Notes under the pieces: model-generated
Database searches by the model: none
Told to the model about the DNA's origin: nothing
What the model saw: the letters and a program-made list of their open reading frames with translations, nothing else
Position numbers and translations under genes: made by a program
Shown here: piece by piece, positions 25,418 to 39,426 of the stretch
Layout: every line of letters starts with the position of its first letter
How positions within the stretch are numbered: the first letter of the stretch is position 1
Assembly (NCBI GenBank): GCA_964016885.1
Contig: OZ024753.1
Location: 9,238,001-9,302,000, forward strand
Length of the DNA stretch: 64,000 nucleotides
Source: Eledone cirrhosa
Taxonomy: Eukaryota
Direction: 5' to 3'

Positions 25418-25757
25418 GGAGGCACATGGCTTAGTGGTTAGAGCATTGGCCTTGCAATCGAAAGGTTGTGAGTTCAATTCTCAGACCGGGTGATGTGTTG
25501 TTTCCTTGAGCAAGACACTTTATTTCACATTGCTCCAGTTTACTCAGCTGTAGAAATGAGATGATAGGGACTGGGTTCCCTATCATTCCACTGCAAAGTG
25601 GACGTGTAGGCGCCACGGCAAAAAAGCACCCAGCACTCACTGTAAATGAGGTTGGTGTTAGGAAGGGCATCCAGCTGTAGAAATCAAGCCAAAATCAGTT
25701 CCCGTCCCACCCTTGCAAGCAGGGAAAGCGGACGTAAAATGAAATGATGATGATGAA
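25418..25757 (+). mobile_element. SINE family A (short tail)
   Basis: Near identical to 5685-6007 and 52789-53115. Confidence 0.9.
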
Positions 25758-26188
25758 TGATATATCATCATTTCATTTCATATATATATAATCATCATCA
25801 TTTAACATCCACCGTCCCTGCTAGTAAGGTTTGGGTAAGTCTCTCAGACCAAGTCAGCACTAGAGGAGGGTTACTGTTCACCCAGACAGACCAAGGATTC
25901 ACACCTCACTTACATACAGTTCCACATTCTAACAAAGGAATTTTATCATGGCACCAGCACACTAATCGGTTTCGTAACAGGTTGATGGTTCTTCTGGGCG
26001 AGTTATTGATCCTCCGCAGAATAGTTTCCATATCATCTCTACATCGACTCTGTCCTATACTCGATGATCACCAAACTTCACAACGTGCTGGACACTCCTT
26101 GGGCTATTGTCATGACAAATGCACCACTGGCTCATTACTATACGATATTTAGCTCTTTTGTTGTACAAAAGATCTGGCAGGGGGATAA

Positions 26189-26676
26189 TGTACAGCCACT
26201 GGAAACAACATCTGTGAAATAAACAGCTCCATCTATTTGCTTAACTAGCTACCTCACCGTGAAACAAACAACCCTTAAAGCCACCAGAATAAAACGCCTA
26301 CGCAGCGGCTAAACATCAAACAATTATTTTTGTATAAATAGAGTGATTCCAAGCACTTTCGCCAGCCGACTTTGGCAGAGTCAGCTAGCATATCGTTGTT
26401 CCTCGCCTCTGCCAGCCACACTTGTCACTCACACATGCCTTTTACCTCTGTATCGTCGCTTCATGTATGAAAATAAATAGCTGATCGAAACTACATCTCT
26501 CGCCTTGCTCGTCCTTTCAACTTGTGCTTTCGTCTGTTCATCCTTACCGTATGTGACAACAGTTCTTTTAAGGGCTATCCTCAGATCCGATCAGACCGTA
26601 TGTGATAACAGTCCTTTTAAGGGCTATTCTCGGATCCGATCAGAAGTAGTGACCAGACTGACTAACCACATCGCTA
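26189..26676 (+). mobile_element. Possible degenerate 3' LTR
   Basis: Purine tract agggggataa followed by TG; TATAAATA at ~26333; AATAAA at ~26472; terminal inverted repeat is poor. Confidence 0.3.
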
Positions 26677-26797
26677 TATATATATATATATTATAAACTT
26701 TAATCTGTTCTTATAATAAATATCTGCTCTATGGGTTTATATATATAATCCTTATCAAACCCTCTTCGAATTTTAGTCTTCACATTTATTATTACTA

Positions 26798-27236
26798 GGC
26801 ACATGGCTTAGTGGTTAGAGCATTGGGCTTACAATCGAAAGGTTGTAAGTTCAATTCTCAGACCGGGTGATGTGTTGTTTCCTTGAGCAAGACACTTTAT
26901 TTCACATTGCTCCAGTTTACTCAGCTGTAGAAATGAGATGATAGAACTGGAGTCCCTATCATTCCACTGCAAAGTGGTCATGGATGTGCCATGGCAAAAA
27001 AGCACCCAGCCCACACTGTAAAGTGGACATGTAGGCGCCATGAAAAAAAAGCACCCAGCACTCACTGTAAATGAGGTTGGTGTTAGGAAGGGCTTCCAGC
27101 TGTAGAAATCAAGCCAGAATCAGTTCCCGTATGAGCAAGACAAGGTCAGCCGACCGGACACTGCCCACAACAGGACAACCTGTCTAACCCATGCTAGCAT
27201 GGAAGAACAGATGTAAAACGGTGATGATGATGATGA
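26798..27236 (+). mobile_element. SINE family A (long tail variant)
   Basis: Same head/CORE; tail continues atgagcaagacaagg..aacccatgctagcatggaag..(gat)n. Confidence 0.9.
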
Positions 27237-27306
27237 TATATATATATATATATAAAATTACAAAAAAAGAGGAAATAATAGACAAAAATATACCTATTTT
27301 TTCTTC

Positions 27307-27422
27307 ACAGTCCCGACCGTAGTTTCGCCAATCTGTGTGCTATGATATCTGCATTATAAAAATGCATCATCGCTGTGAGGTTGATACAGCTTATAAAGAG
27401 ACCCATCAGAAAAAAGGACTGT
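27307..27422 (-). ncRNA. Degenerate type I hammerhead ribozyme
   Basis: Minus strand ACAGUCC-u6-CUGAUGG..long stem II..CGAAAC(UACG)GUC-GGGACUGU; A9 changed to G; runs 3' into (TA)n. Confidence 0.55.
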
Positions 27423-27489
27423 ATCTTGACGTGTTTGTAGCAAGTGAGAATTTCTCAAGAGGCAGTGGGAGAAATTAAAATATATATAT

Positions 27490-27880
27490 GCTGTGAAATC
27501 TGGGATGCATTAATTCCAACTCTTAAGAACTGCATTGTTTCTTTCGAGGGACCATTTTGAAAAATATACGTCATTTGGTCATAAGCTGACTAGGAAGGAG
27601 TGATGCTAGTGGTGTGAAATCTTGGATGCATTAATTCCAACTCTTCTTCTTAATAACAGCATTGTTTCTTTCGAGGGACCATTTAGAAAAATATACCTCA
27701 TTTGGTCATTCCATGAGAGTATCTTGGTCATAAGCTGACTAGGAAGGAGTGATGCTAGCGCTGTGAAATCTTGGATGCATTAATTCCAACTCTTCTTCTT
27801 AATAACTGCATTGTTTCTTTCCAGGGACTATGTTGAAAAATAAACCTCATTTGGTCATTCCATGAGAGATTCTTAGTCAG
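27490..27880. repeat. ~120-150-bp tandem repeat, 3 copies
   Basis: gctgtgaaatcttggatgcattaattccaactctt at ~27490, 27610 and 27760. Confidence 0.9.
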
Positions 27881-28313
27881 CCTATGAACTTTGCAGTCTA
27901 TGAACTTTTCAACTGAGCTTCATAGATGAAGGGAAGCTCAAATTCAGAGTGGATTTCTTGTTTCTGAGCAGTACACTATATTCTAGATTGCATCTCGTAA
28001 GAACAGGGGGTCATTAATCTATCATAAACAGGGGCAGATTTAACTCATATATTAAATGCCATGAAATCAAAACAAATGACCAGTTTTTAAAAGTCCTTTG
28101 AGACATAAAAGTTAATTATATATACATAAAAGCACATGGATGTACATGAAAATGCACGTGTTATTGCACAAACACACATAGATGCATTAGTGCAAGCATG
28201 TATATATATATGTATATACATGCATGTGTACATGCATGTGTATGCATTCATACATGTGCTTGAATATACATGACCATGTACACAGGAATATATATATATA
28301 TACACACACACAT

Positions 28314-28431
<118 letters not shown>

Positions 28432-29239
28432 TAGTTGACATCCATATAGACATGACTGCTTGAATGTCAACTTAAATATGAACCTGTATGTATATGTGTG
28501 TGCGTGTGAATGTATGCGTGAGTGTGCGAATGTATATGTGAGTGCGTGTGCGTATATGTGAGTGCGTGTGCGTATATGTATGTGAATGTATATGTGAATG
28601 TGTGTGAGTTTATGTCAATGTATTAATTTCAAAATAGATTGTAAACTCCATGTACAAGATATTCTGTAAATGTTGCTCGGTTGCAATGCAACTATAAATT
28701 TCATAGAAATATATCATTAAAAATAATTAATTGGTTTTATGTTCATTGTAATAAACCACATCAGCAAAACACGCCACAGGACACAATATAAACCAGCAAA
28801 CATGTTTCATTGAGGTTACACGCCTTGCTAAAAAGAGCAGCCAAATTTCTTTCAAATAATATCCTCCGCTCTTAGAATAAATAAGTGTACATTGACTAAT
28901 GTATTTCTAGATACCTTGTGCTTGAAAGAAAGATAGTCTAGGTACAGCTGGAATACCTTTGGTCATAGGTCAGTTTGGTAAGAACTGATCTGGTGATATT
29001 CGCCGAGGTTAACTTTGCCTTTCATCCTTACGGCGACGATAAAATAAAGTACCAGTAATGCGCTGGAATAATTGCTGGCCTTGTGCCAAAAGTAGAAACA
29101 ATTATTTATATATATATATATATATATATATTTATTAAAATAACAGATTAAAGTTTAAGCAAAGATATAGTAATAATAATAAATGTGAAGACTAAAATCC
29201 AAAGAAGATCCCGTTATATATATATATATATATATATAT

Positions 29240-29478
29240 TACAGCACTCACTGTAATGAGGTTGGTGTTAGGAAGGGCATCCAGCTGTAGAAATCAAGCC
29301 AAAATCAGTTCCTGTATGAGCAAGTCATGGTCAGCCGACCAGACACTGCCCACAACAGGACAACCCGTCTAACCAATGCTAGCATTGAAGAACGGGTGTA
29401 AAACAGTGATGATGATGATGATATAACCCATGCTAGCGTGGAAGATGGACGTTAAACGAAGATGATGATGATGATGAT
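29240..29478 (+). mobile_element. RTE/SINE tail fragments (two stacked tails)
   Basis: gttaggaagggcatccagc..(gat)n followed by a second aacccatgctagcgtggaag..(gat)n. Confidence 0.8.
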
Positions 29479-29776
29479 ATGTATATAATCTGAGTTTTTT
29501 TAATACTAATAATAATATTCGATTCATTTGCAATTATGCAAACAGCCTCTTTAAAGCCATGTCAGTAGCATGACTCCATCATTCTTGCTCTTGTGTTGGC
29601 ATGTAAACTGAACAGCAGGCACTAATGTTTCTGGGTGATTACCTTTCATCAGTACAGTATACTGCTTACCTGCCAACTGTCAGAGCTAGTGAAAATATAT
29701 TTTTTCTAATATATACAGTGACTGATCGGCCTGATTTGCATATTACAGACTGTATGCAGATCAGATTGATCAGGCA

Positions 29777-30050
29777 ATCATCATCATCATCATCATCGTT
29801 TTACGTCCGTTCTTCCACGCTAGCATGGGTTAGACGGGTTGTCCTGTTGTGGGCAGTGTCTGGTCGGCTGACCATGCCTTGCTCATACAGGAACTGATTT
29901 TGGCTTGATTTCTACAGCTGGATGCCCTTCCTAACACCAACCTCATTTACAGTGAGTGCTGGGTGCTTTTTCGTGGCGCCTACACGTCCACTTTACAGTG
30001 TGGGCTGGGTGCTTTTTTGCCGTGGCACCTCCACGACCACCTTGCAGTGG
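29777..30050 (-). mobile_element. RTE/SINE tail fragment
   Basis: Reverse complement of the long tail. Confidence 0.85.
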
Positions 30051-31019
30051 GAGGGTGTGGGGGCATATTGTCTATATGCTTCAGCTTATATATATAACAG
30101 TTGTCCCCTGTTATTTGTGTGGGGTTACATTCATAAAGCAACCTTGAAGAGTGAAAAACCATGAATATTAGACGAGGTGTTTAAAAATGCCTATAAACAT
30201 CAAAATATAACGTAAAATATAACAACACCAGTAACGTACTGGGGTCAATTTAATCGACTTTCCCCTCCCCCCAAATTACTGGCCTTGTGCCTATACTAGA
30301 AATTATTATTACTAATGCCTATCATTTCTTTTATATTATTGTTACAACATGACTTTCTCTACCAGTAATTGTAACCTATACAAAAAATGAATGCATAAAA
30401 ACAAAACATTCAAAAATAATGTATTTACTAAATGTTTGTATTAAGATGACACGTTAGATAAATTAACAATTTCTAAATCTAACAACTTCTTATCTCTAAA
30501 TGTTATAATCATTCTTAAACCATCTGCCTAAAAGTTGTACAATAATGATTGCATTATATAACATTTTAACAGGAATCTCTATAAAGAGGTCTCCAAAATG
30601 TTAGGCTCCAATGAATCTTTTAATATTAACAAATGTTGTGTCAACTCATTAGATTTTTATTACAACTGCATAGGGGAAAAAAAAAACATCTTCTTTATGT
30701 GTGTGTGTGTGTATGCAGGTGTTTGTATGTGTGTTTATATGTGATTGTGTGTGCGTGTGTGTGCATGTGTGTGTGTGCATGTGCGTGTGTGTGTGTATAT
30801 GTCTATATATGTGTGTGTATCTGCGTGTATGGTCTGCTAAGATCCTTTCAGCAGGGGAGATCTGATATCCTCTTCGTGCAGTTCTGGGATTAAACACCAG
30901 CCAAAACTGGCTCTGCTCCTATGAAATAAAATCATCCATTTTTAAAGGTTTCCGATTTAAATTAAAATCTTCCAACATAACCCAATATACACCCCACAAC
31001 CAATACACCATCCTCCCAC

Positions 31020-31638
31020 TTCCATCCACTGTAAAGTGGTCGTGTAGGTGACATGACAAAAAGCTCCCAGTCCACACTGTACAGTGGTCATATAGGTGAC
31101 ATAAGAAAAAGCACCCAGTCCACACTGTACAGTGGTCGTGTAGGTGACACGGTAAAAAGGCACCCAGTCCACACTGTACAGTGGTCGTGTAGGGGACATG
31201 GTAAAAAGGCACCCAGTCCACACTGTAGAGTGGTCGTGTAGGGGACACGGTAAAAAGGCACCCAGTCCACACTCTACAGTGGTCGTGTAGGGGACATGAC
31301 AAAAAGCACCCAGTCCACACTATACAGTGGTCGTGTAGGGGACACGGTAAAAAGGCACCCAGTCCACACTGTACAGTGGTCGTGTAGGTGACATGACAAA
31401 AAGCACCCAGTCCACACTGTAGAGTGGTCATGTAGGAGACAGTAAAAAGGCTCCCAGTCCACACTGTAAATATGGTTTGTGTTAGGAAGGGCATCCAGTC
31501 GTAGAAAACCTGCCAGAAATAGTTTAGTATGAGTGAGATACGGTCACCCAACCAATCTTGCCTCAAGTTGGACAAACCAGTCCAACCCATGCTAGCGTGG
31601 AAGATGGACGTTAAATGATGATGGTGATGATGATGATG
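31020..31638 (+). mobile_element. RTE 3'UTR with its ~49-bp subrepeat expanded to ~9 copies
   Basis: Unit cagtccacactgtacagtggtcgtgtaggggacacggtaaaaaggcacc, then the normal tail and (gat)n. Confidence 0.85.
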
Positions 31639-31679
31639 AATCTTGCATTAAGTTACTATATACATAACAGTCGATTGAC

Positions 31680-31938
31680 AAAATCCCAGGCCTCATTCAC
31701 TTAATGAGAGAGTGGGGGGGGGGGGTAGCTCATCAAATCGGACCGAGGAAGCAATGTTTCCATTGGTCTCTCCAATTGTTAATACTATCTTACTATCTAT
31801 CGGTCGCAAATCCAGTTAGAAGGATCAACGTGAAATAAAGTGTCTTGCTCAAGGATGTAACACATCACCCGGTCCGGGAATCGGACTCACAACCTCACTG
31901 TTGTGAATCCAATCCCCTAACCACTCAGCCACATGCCT
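31680..31938 (-). mobile_element. CORE-like SINE, third tail type (relatives at ~42170-42458 and ~60370-60650)
   Basis: gtgaaataaagtgtcttgctcaagg..aaccactcagccacatgcc. Confidence 0.7.
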
Positions 31939-34900
31939 TTACACGTGTGTGTGTTGTGTGCGTCTGTATGTGGTGTGTGTTGTGTGAGTCTGTATGTGAT
32001 GTGTGTTGTGTGTGTCTGTATGTGGTGTGTGTTGTGTGCGTCTGTATGTGGTGTGTGTTGTGTGCGTCTGTATGTGGTGTGTGTTGTGTGTGTTGTGTGT
32101 GTCTGTATGTGGTGTGTGTTGTGTGCGTCTGTATGTGGTGTGTGTTGTGTGCGTCTGTATGTGGTGTGTGTTGTGTGTGTTGTGTGTGTCTGTATGTGGT
32201 GTGTGTTGTGTGCGTCTGTATGTGGTGTGTGTCTGTGTGCGTCTGTATGTGGTGTGTGTCTGTGTGCGTCTGTATGTGATGTGTGTTGTGTGCGTCTGTA
32301 TGTGGTGTGTGTCTGTGTGTGATGTGTGTTGTGTGCGTCTGTATGTGATGTGTGTTGTGTGCGTCTGTATGTGGTGTGTGTTGTGTGCATCTGTATGTGG
32401 TGTGTGTTGTGTGCGTCTGTATGTGGTGTGTGTTGTGTGCGTCTGTATGTGGTGTGTGTTGTGTGCGTCTGTATGTGGTGTGTGTTGTGTGCTGTGTGCG
32501 TCTGTATGTGGTGTGTGTTGTGTGCGTCTGTATGTGGTGTGTGTTGTGTGCTGTGTGCGTCTGTATGTGGTGTGTGCTGTGTGCGTCTGTATGTGGTGTG
32601 TGTTGTGTGCGTCTGTATGTGGTGTGTGTTGTGTGCGTCTGTATGTGGTGTGTGTTGTGTGCGTCTGTATGTGGTGTGTGTTGTGTGCTGTGTGCGTCTG
32701 CATGTGGTGTGTGTTGTGTGCTGTGTGCGTCTGTATGTGGTGTGTGTTGTGTGCTGTGTGCGTCTGTATGTGGTGTGTGTTGTGTGCTGTGTGCGTCTGT
32801 ATGTGGTGTGTGCTGTGTGCGTCTGTATGTGGTGTGTGTTGTGTGCGTCTGTATGTGGTGTGTGTTGTGTGCGTCTGTATGTGGTGTGTGTTGTGTGCGT
32901 CTGTATGTGGTGTGTGTTGTGTGCGTCTGTGTGTGCTGTGTGCGTCTGTATGTGGTATGTGGTGTGTGCTGTGTGCGTCTGTATGTGGTGTGTGTTGTGT
33001 GCGTCTGTATGTGGTGTGTGTTGTGTGCGTCTGTATGTGGTGTGTGTTGTGTGCGTCTGTATGTGGTGTGTGTTGTGTGTGTCTGTATGTGGTGTGTGTC
33101 TGTGTGTGTCTGTATGTGGTGTGTATCTGTGTGTGTCTGTATGTGGTGTGTGTTGTGTGCGTCTGTATGTGGTGTGTGTTGTGTGCGTCTGTATGTGGTG
33201 TGTGTTGTGTGCGTCTGTATGTGGTGTGTGTCTGTGTGTGTCTGTATGTGGTGTGTGTTGTGTGCATCTGTATGTGGTGTGTGTTGTGTGCGTCTGTATG
33301 TGGTGTGTGTTGTGTGTGTCTGTATGTGGTGTGTGTCTGTGTGTGTCTGTATGTGGTGTGTATCTGTGTGCGTCTGTATGTGGTGTGTGTTGTGTGTGTC
33401 TGTATGTGGTGTGTGTCTGTGTGTGTCTGTATGTGGTGTGTATCTGTGTGTGTCTGTATGTGGTGTGTGTTGTGTGCGTCTGTATGTGGTGTGTCTGTGT
33501 GCGTCTGTATGTGGTGTGTCTGTGTGCGTCTGTATGTGGTGTGTGTTGTGTGTGTCTGTATGTGGTGTGTGTTGTGTGCGTCTGTATGTGGTGTGTGTCT
33601 GTATGTGGTGTGTGTCTGTGTGTGTCTGTATGTGGTGTGTGTTGTGTGTGTCTGTATGTGGTGTGTGTCTGTGTGTGTCTGTATGTGGTGTGTGTTGTGT
33701 GTGTCTGTATGTGGTGTGTGTTGTGTGCGTCTGTATGTGGTGTGTGTTGTGTGCGTCTGTATGTGGTGTGTGTCTGTGTGCGTCTGTATGTGGTGTGTGT
33801 CTGTGTGCGTCTGTATGTGGTGTGTGTCTGTGTGTGTCTGTATGTGGTGTGTGTTGTGTGTGTCTGTATGTGGTGTGTGTCTGTGTGTGTCTGTATGTGG
33901 TGTGTGTTGTGTGTGTCTGTATGTGGTGTGTGTTGTGTGCGTCTGTATGTGGTGTGTGTCTGTGTGTGTCTGTATGTGGTGTGTGTTGTGTGTGTCTGTA
34001 TGTGGTGTGTGTTGTGTGTGTCTGTATGTGGTGTGTGTTGTGTGTGTCTGTATGTGGTGTGTGTCTGTATGTGGTGTGTGTTGTGTGTGTCTGTGTGTTG
34101 TGTGTGTCTGTATGTGGTGTGTGTCTGTATGTGGTGTGTGTTGTGTGTGTCTGTATGTGGTGTGTGTCTGTGTGTGTCTGTATGTGGTGTGTGTTGTGTG
34201 TGTCTGTATGTGGTGTGTGTTGTGTGTGTCTGTATGTGGTGTGTGTTGTGTGTGTCTGTATGTGGTGTGTGTCTGTATGTGGTGTGTGTTGTGTGTGTCT
34301 GTGTGTTGTGTGTGTCTGTATGTGGTGTGTGTCTGTATGTGGTGTGTGTTGTGTGTGTCTGTATGTGGTGTGTGTCTGTGTGCGTCTGTATGTGGTGTGT
34401 GTCTGTATGTGGTGTGCGTCTGTATGTGGTGTGTGTCTGTGTGTGTCTGTATGTGGTGTGTGCTGTGTGTGTCTGTATGTGGTGTGTGTTGTGTGTGTCT
34501 GTATGTGGTGTGTGTTGTGTGTGTGTGTCTGTGTGCGTCTGTATGTGGTGTGTGTTGTGTGTGTGTGTCTGTGTGCGTCTGTATGTGGTGTGTGTTGTGT
34601 GTGTCTGTATGTGGTGTGTGTTGTGTGTGTCTGTATGTGGTGTGTGTCTGTGTGCGTCTGTATGTGGTGTGTGTGTGTGTGTCTGTATGTGGTGTGTGTT
34701 GTGTGTGTCTGTATGTGGTGTGTGTCTGTGTGTGTCTGTATGTGGTGTGTGTTGTGTGCGTCTGTATGTGGTGTGTGTTGTGTGCGTCTGTATGTGGTGT
34801 GTGTCTGTGTGTGTCTGTATGTGGTGTGTGTTGTGTGTGTCTGTATGTGGTGTGTGTCTGTGTGCGTCTGTATGTGGTGTGTGTGTGTGTGTCTGTATGT

Positions 34901-35610
34901 GGTGTGTGTTGTGTGCGTCTGTATGTGGTGTGTGTCTGTGTGTGTCTGTATGTGGTGTGTGTTGTGTGTGTCTGTATGTGGTGTGTGTTGTGTGCGTCTG
35001 TATGTGGTGTGTGTCTGTGTGTGTCTGTATGTGGTGTGTGTCTGTGTGCGTCTGTATGTGGTGTGTGTGTGTGTGTCTGTATGTGGTGTGTGTTGTGTGT
35101 GTCTGTATGTGGTGTGTGTCTGTGTGTGTCTGTATGTGGTGTGTGTTGTGTGCGTCTGTATGTGGTGTGTGTTGTGTGCGTCTGTATGTGGTGTGTGTCT
35201 GTGTGTGTCTGTATGTGGTGTGTGTTGTGTGTGTCTGTATGTGGTGTGTGTCTGTGTGCGTCTGTATGTGGTGTGTGTGTGTGTGTCTGTATGTGGTGTG
35301 TGTTGTGTGCGTCTGTATGTGGTGTGTGTCTGTGTGTGTCTGTATGTGGTGTGTGTTGTGTGTGTCTGTATGTGGTGTGTGTCTGTGTGCGTCTGTATGT
35401 GGTGTGTGTTGTGTGCGTCTGTCTGTGGTGTGTGTTGTGTGCCTTTACACGTGTGTGTGTTGTGTGCCTTTACACGTGTGTGTGTTGTGTGCCTTTACAC
35501 GTGTGTGTGTTGTGTGCCTTTACACGTGTGTGTGTTGTGTGCCTTTACACGTGTGTGTGTTGTGTGCCTTTACATGTGTGTGTGTTGTGTGCCTTTACAC
35601 GTGTGTGTGT
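31936..35610. repeat. GT-rich ~26-bp minisatellite (gtctgtatgtggtgtgtgttgtgtgc)n bracketed by gcctttacacgtgtgtgtgttgtgt units
   Basis: Direct reading; source of the 1100-1700-aa Cys/Val ORFs. Confidence 0.95.
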
Positions 35611-35859
35611 ATCTGTGTGTGTCTATATGTGTGTGTATCTGTGTATGTCTATATATGTGTGTGTATCTGTGTGTGTCTATATATGTGTGTGTATCTGTGT
35701 GTGTCTATATGTCTATATATGTGTATATATATATATATATATGTATGTATATATATATATATATCATCATCGTCTTCGTTTAACGTCCATTTTCCCACGC
35801 TGGCATGGGTTATATATATATATATACATGTATATATGTATATATATATATATATATAT

Positions 35860-37740
35860 ATCTGTATGTGTCTATATATCTATAAATCTATATATCTGTC
35901 TGTGTATGTCTATATATCTATATATCTGTCTGCCTATGTCTATATATCTATATATCTGTCTGTGTATGTCTATATATCTATATATCTGTCTGCCTATGTC
36001 TATATATCTATATATCTGTCTGTGTATGTCTATATATCTATATATCTGTCTGTGTCTGTCTATATATCTATATATCTGTCTGTATATGTCTATATATCTG
36101 TCTGTATATGTCTATATATCTGTCTGTGTATGTCTATATATCTATATATCTGTCTGTGTATGTCTATATGTCTATATATCTGTCTGTGTATGTCTATATA
36201 TCTATATATCTGTCTGTGTATGTCTATATATCTATATATCTGTCTGTGTATGTCTATATGTCTATATATCTATATATCTGTCTGTGTATGTCTATATGTC
36301 TATATGTCTATATATCTGTCTGTATATGTCTATATATCTGTCTGTATATGTCTATATATCTGTCTGTGTCTGTCTATATATCTATATATCAGTGTGTATC
36401 TCTCTATGTGTCTATATGTCTATATATCTATATATCTGTCTGTGTATGTCTATATGTCTATATATCTGTCTGTGTATGTCTATATGTCTATATATCTGTC
36501 TGTATATGTCTATATATCTGTCTGTATATGTCTATATATCTGTCTGTGTCTGTCTATATATCTATATATCTGTCTGTATATGTCTATATATCTGTCTGTA
36601 TATGTCTTTATATCTGTCTGTATATGTCTATATATCTGTCTGTATATGTCTATATATCTGTCTGTGTCTGTCTATATATCTATATATCTGTCTGTGTATG
36701 TCTATATATCTATATATCTGTCTGTGTATGTCTCTATGTGTCTATATATCTGTCTGTATATGTCTATATATCTGTCTGTGTCTGTCTATATATCTATATA
36801 TCTGTCTGTGTATGTCTCTATGTGTCTATATATCTGTCTGTATATGTCTATATATCTGTCTGTGTCTGTCTATATGTCTATATATCTGTCTGTGTATGTC
36901 TATATGTCTATATATCTGTCTGTATATGTCTATATATCTGTCTGTATATGTCTATATGTCTATATATCTGTCTGTGTATGTCTATATATCTGTCTGTATA
37001 TGTCTATATATCTGTCTGTGTATGTCTATATGTCTATATATCTGTCTGTATATGTCTATATGTCTATATATCTGTCTGTATATGTCTATATATCTGTCTG
37101 TATATGTCTATATATCTGTCTGTATATGTCTATATATCTGTCTGTGTCTGTCTATATATCTATATATCAGTGTGTAACTCTCTATGTGTCTATATGTCTA
37201 TATATCTATATATCTGTCTGTGTATGTCTATATATCTATATATCTGTCTGCCTATGTCTATATATCTATATATCTGTCTGTGTATGTCTATATGTCTATA
37301 TATCTGTCTGTGTATCTCTATATGTCTATATATCTGTCTAGGTATCTATATATCTGTATCTGTATATCTATATATCTGTATCTATATATCTATATATCTG
37401 TGTCTATATATCTATATATCTATATATATATCTGTGTATGTCTATATATCTATATCTATATATCTGTATATCTGTATCTATATATCTATATATATATCTG
37501 TGTATATCTGTGTATGTCTATATATCTATATATATCTATATATCTGTATCTATATATCTATGTCTATATATCTATATATCTATATATATATCTGTGTATG
37601 TCTATATATCTATATATCTGTATCTATGTATCTATATATCTATATATATATATCTGTGTATATCTGTCTATATATCTATATATATATATCTGTGTATATC
37701 TGTGTATGTCTATATATCTATATATATCTATATATCCGTG
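35860..37740. repeat. Compound (TCTATATA/TCTG) microsatellite-derived array
   Basis: Direct reading. Confidence 0.95.
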
Positions 37741-38121
37741 TGTGTGTGTATAAGTATGAGATTCTATTAACTTTAAACTCTCTTTTTCCCACACTTTTCA
37801 AACAATTTCTTTAGATGACAACTCTGGTTAAGAAAAATAATTCTCTATTATTTTTTTAGATTGTTCAATTTCACCAGTTTCATGTTTCTATATAGTCTAC
37901 ATAACTCCTTTTACAGCCTTTCTTTTCCATTTATTCAGGTGTTTAATATTTGTTATATCTCCTATTTATTTATATTCTTCGCATAGTCTTGCAAGAAAAC
38001 ATATTTGTTTGAATTATATCAAACTCTCAATCTAATTAGCCAGTTCTAAGCTTATTTACATCGTGTTGTATATCTTAGTGGTCAAATTTATCTATCTCTC
38101 CATTTATATATTTGTGTATAT

Positions 38122-38451
38122 GTCATCATCATTTCATCATTTCATTTTACGTGCACTTTTCCCTGCTTGCAAGGGTGGGACGGGAACTGATTCTGGCTTG
38201 ATTTCTACAGCTGGATGCCCTTCCTAACACCAACCTCATTTATAGTGAGTGCTGGGTGCTTTTTTGCCGTGGTGCCTACACGTCCACTTTGCAGTGGAAT
38301 GATAGGGAGCCCAGTCCCTATCATCTCAACTGGAGCAATGTGAAATAAAGTGTCTTGCTCAAGGAAACAACACATCACCCGGTCTGAGAATTGAACTCGC
38401 AACCTTTCGATTGCAAGGCCAATGCTCTAACCACTAAGCCATGTGGCTCCA
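38122..38451 (-). mobile_element. SINE family A
   Basis: Reverse complement of 25418-25757 with small deletions. Confidence 0.9.
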
Positions 38452-39426
38452 TATACATATGTATATGTATATATATGTATGTATATGCATGTATATGTTT
38501 GCTTGTCTGTAAGTTTGTGCACATATCTATCTATCTACCTATCTACCTACCTACCTATATAAGCCTGTAGGTTGGGGAAAAAGCGGAAGAGATGAAGGGA
38601 GTACTCACTCCTGGTGCTCCTGGAGATGAGGGTTGTACATTTTTTCGGGGTGTGTACAACCCCTGTGTAACGCCCCCCCCCCCCCCCCCCCCTGTTGGGG
38701 ATTTCAATTGTTAGTTTATTAATAGTTTTATTTTCATATACTCGTATGTAAACTCCCCATTTGTATTTGTCCCCTTCTTTTGTGCCCTTGTGGCTAATAA
38801 AGAAATTTGTCTGTCTGTCTGTCTGTCTCTCTGTCTGTATGTCTGTCTGTCTGTCTATATCTCCATTTAAAGATATCTCCACTCATATGTTTGTGTATGT
38901 ATATGTTTGCTTGTCTGTAAGTTTGTGCACATATTTATCTGTCTGTCTGTCTCTCCATTTAAATATATCTCTATATATGTTTGCAGTCCTGGGTATGACA
39001 TTAAACTGCATCCAGTGGCTAGGCTCCAGTTCAGGAGTTCAGGAGCTGTGGGGAATGTGGAGTTACCCCTTAGTTGTTATCAATCCCAGGTCTGCTCTAG
39101 CCCGGAGTAGTAGTACCTGTTAGGGCCCCATTTATGGGTTAAATAATTACCTTACTTGAGTGGTGTCGGTAAGGTATTATCAGCCATTGAAAAGAACCAA
39201 TCTCGGGAATTTTACCCACCCTAGATAGATATGTTTGTGTTCATATGTATGTTTGTTTGGTTGTCTGTAAGTTTGTGCACATATCTATCTGTCTGTCTAT
39301 TTTTCCATTTAAATATCTCTCCACTTATGTTAGGGTTTGGGTTAGGGTTAGGGTTTGTGTAAATATGTTTCGTTGTTCATCTGTGTCTTATTTTGTAACA
39401 TAAAAAAATACAATAACAAATAGGCT

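Noticed and set aside
25418-25490. tRNA gene
   Set aside because: A/B boxes are present but the acceptor and anticodon stems do not pair; it is a SINE head repeated many times.
27490-27880. Harbinger transposase remnant (CEILDALIP)
   Set aside because: Similarity is limited to a few residues; reported only as a tandem repeat.
32003-37814. Very long Cys/Val/Tyr-rich ORFs
   Set aside because: They are open in all three frames because the GT/TA repeats lack stop codons.
39328-39356. Telomeric (TTAGGG)n
   Set aside because: Only ~4 imperfect interstitial units; no evidence of a chromosome end or fusion.
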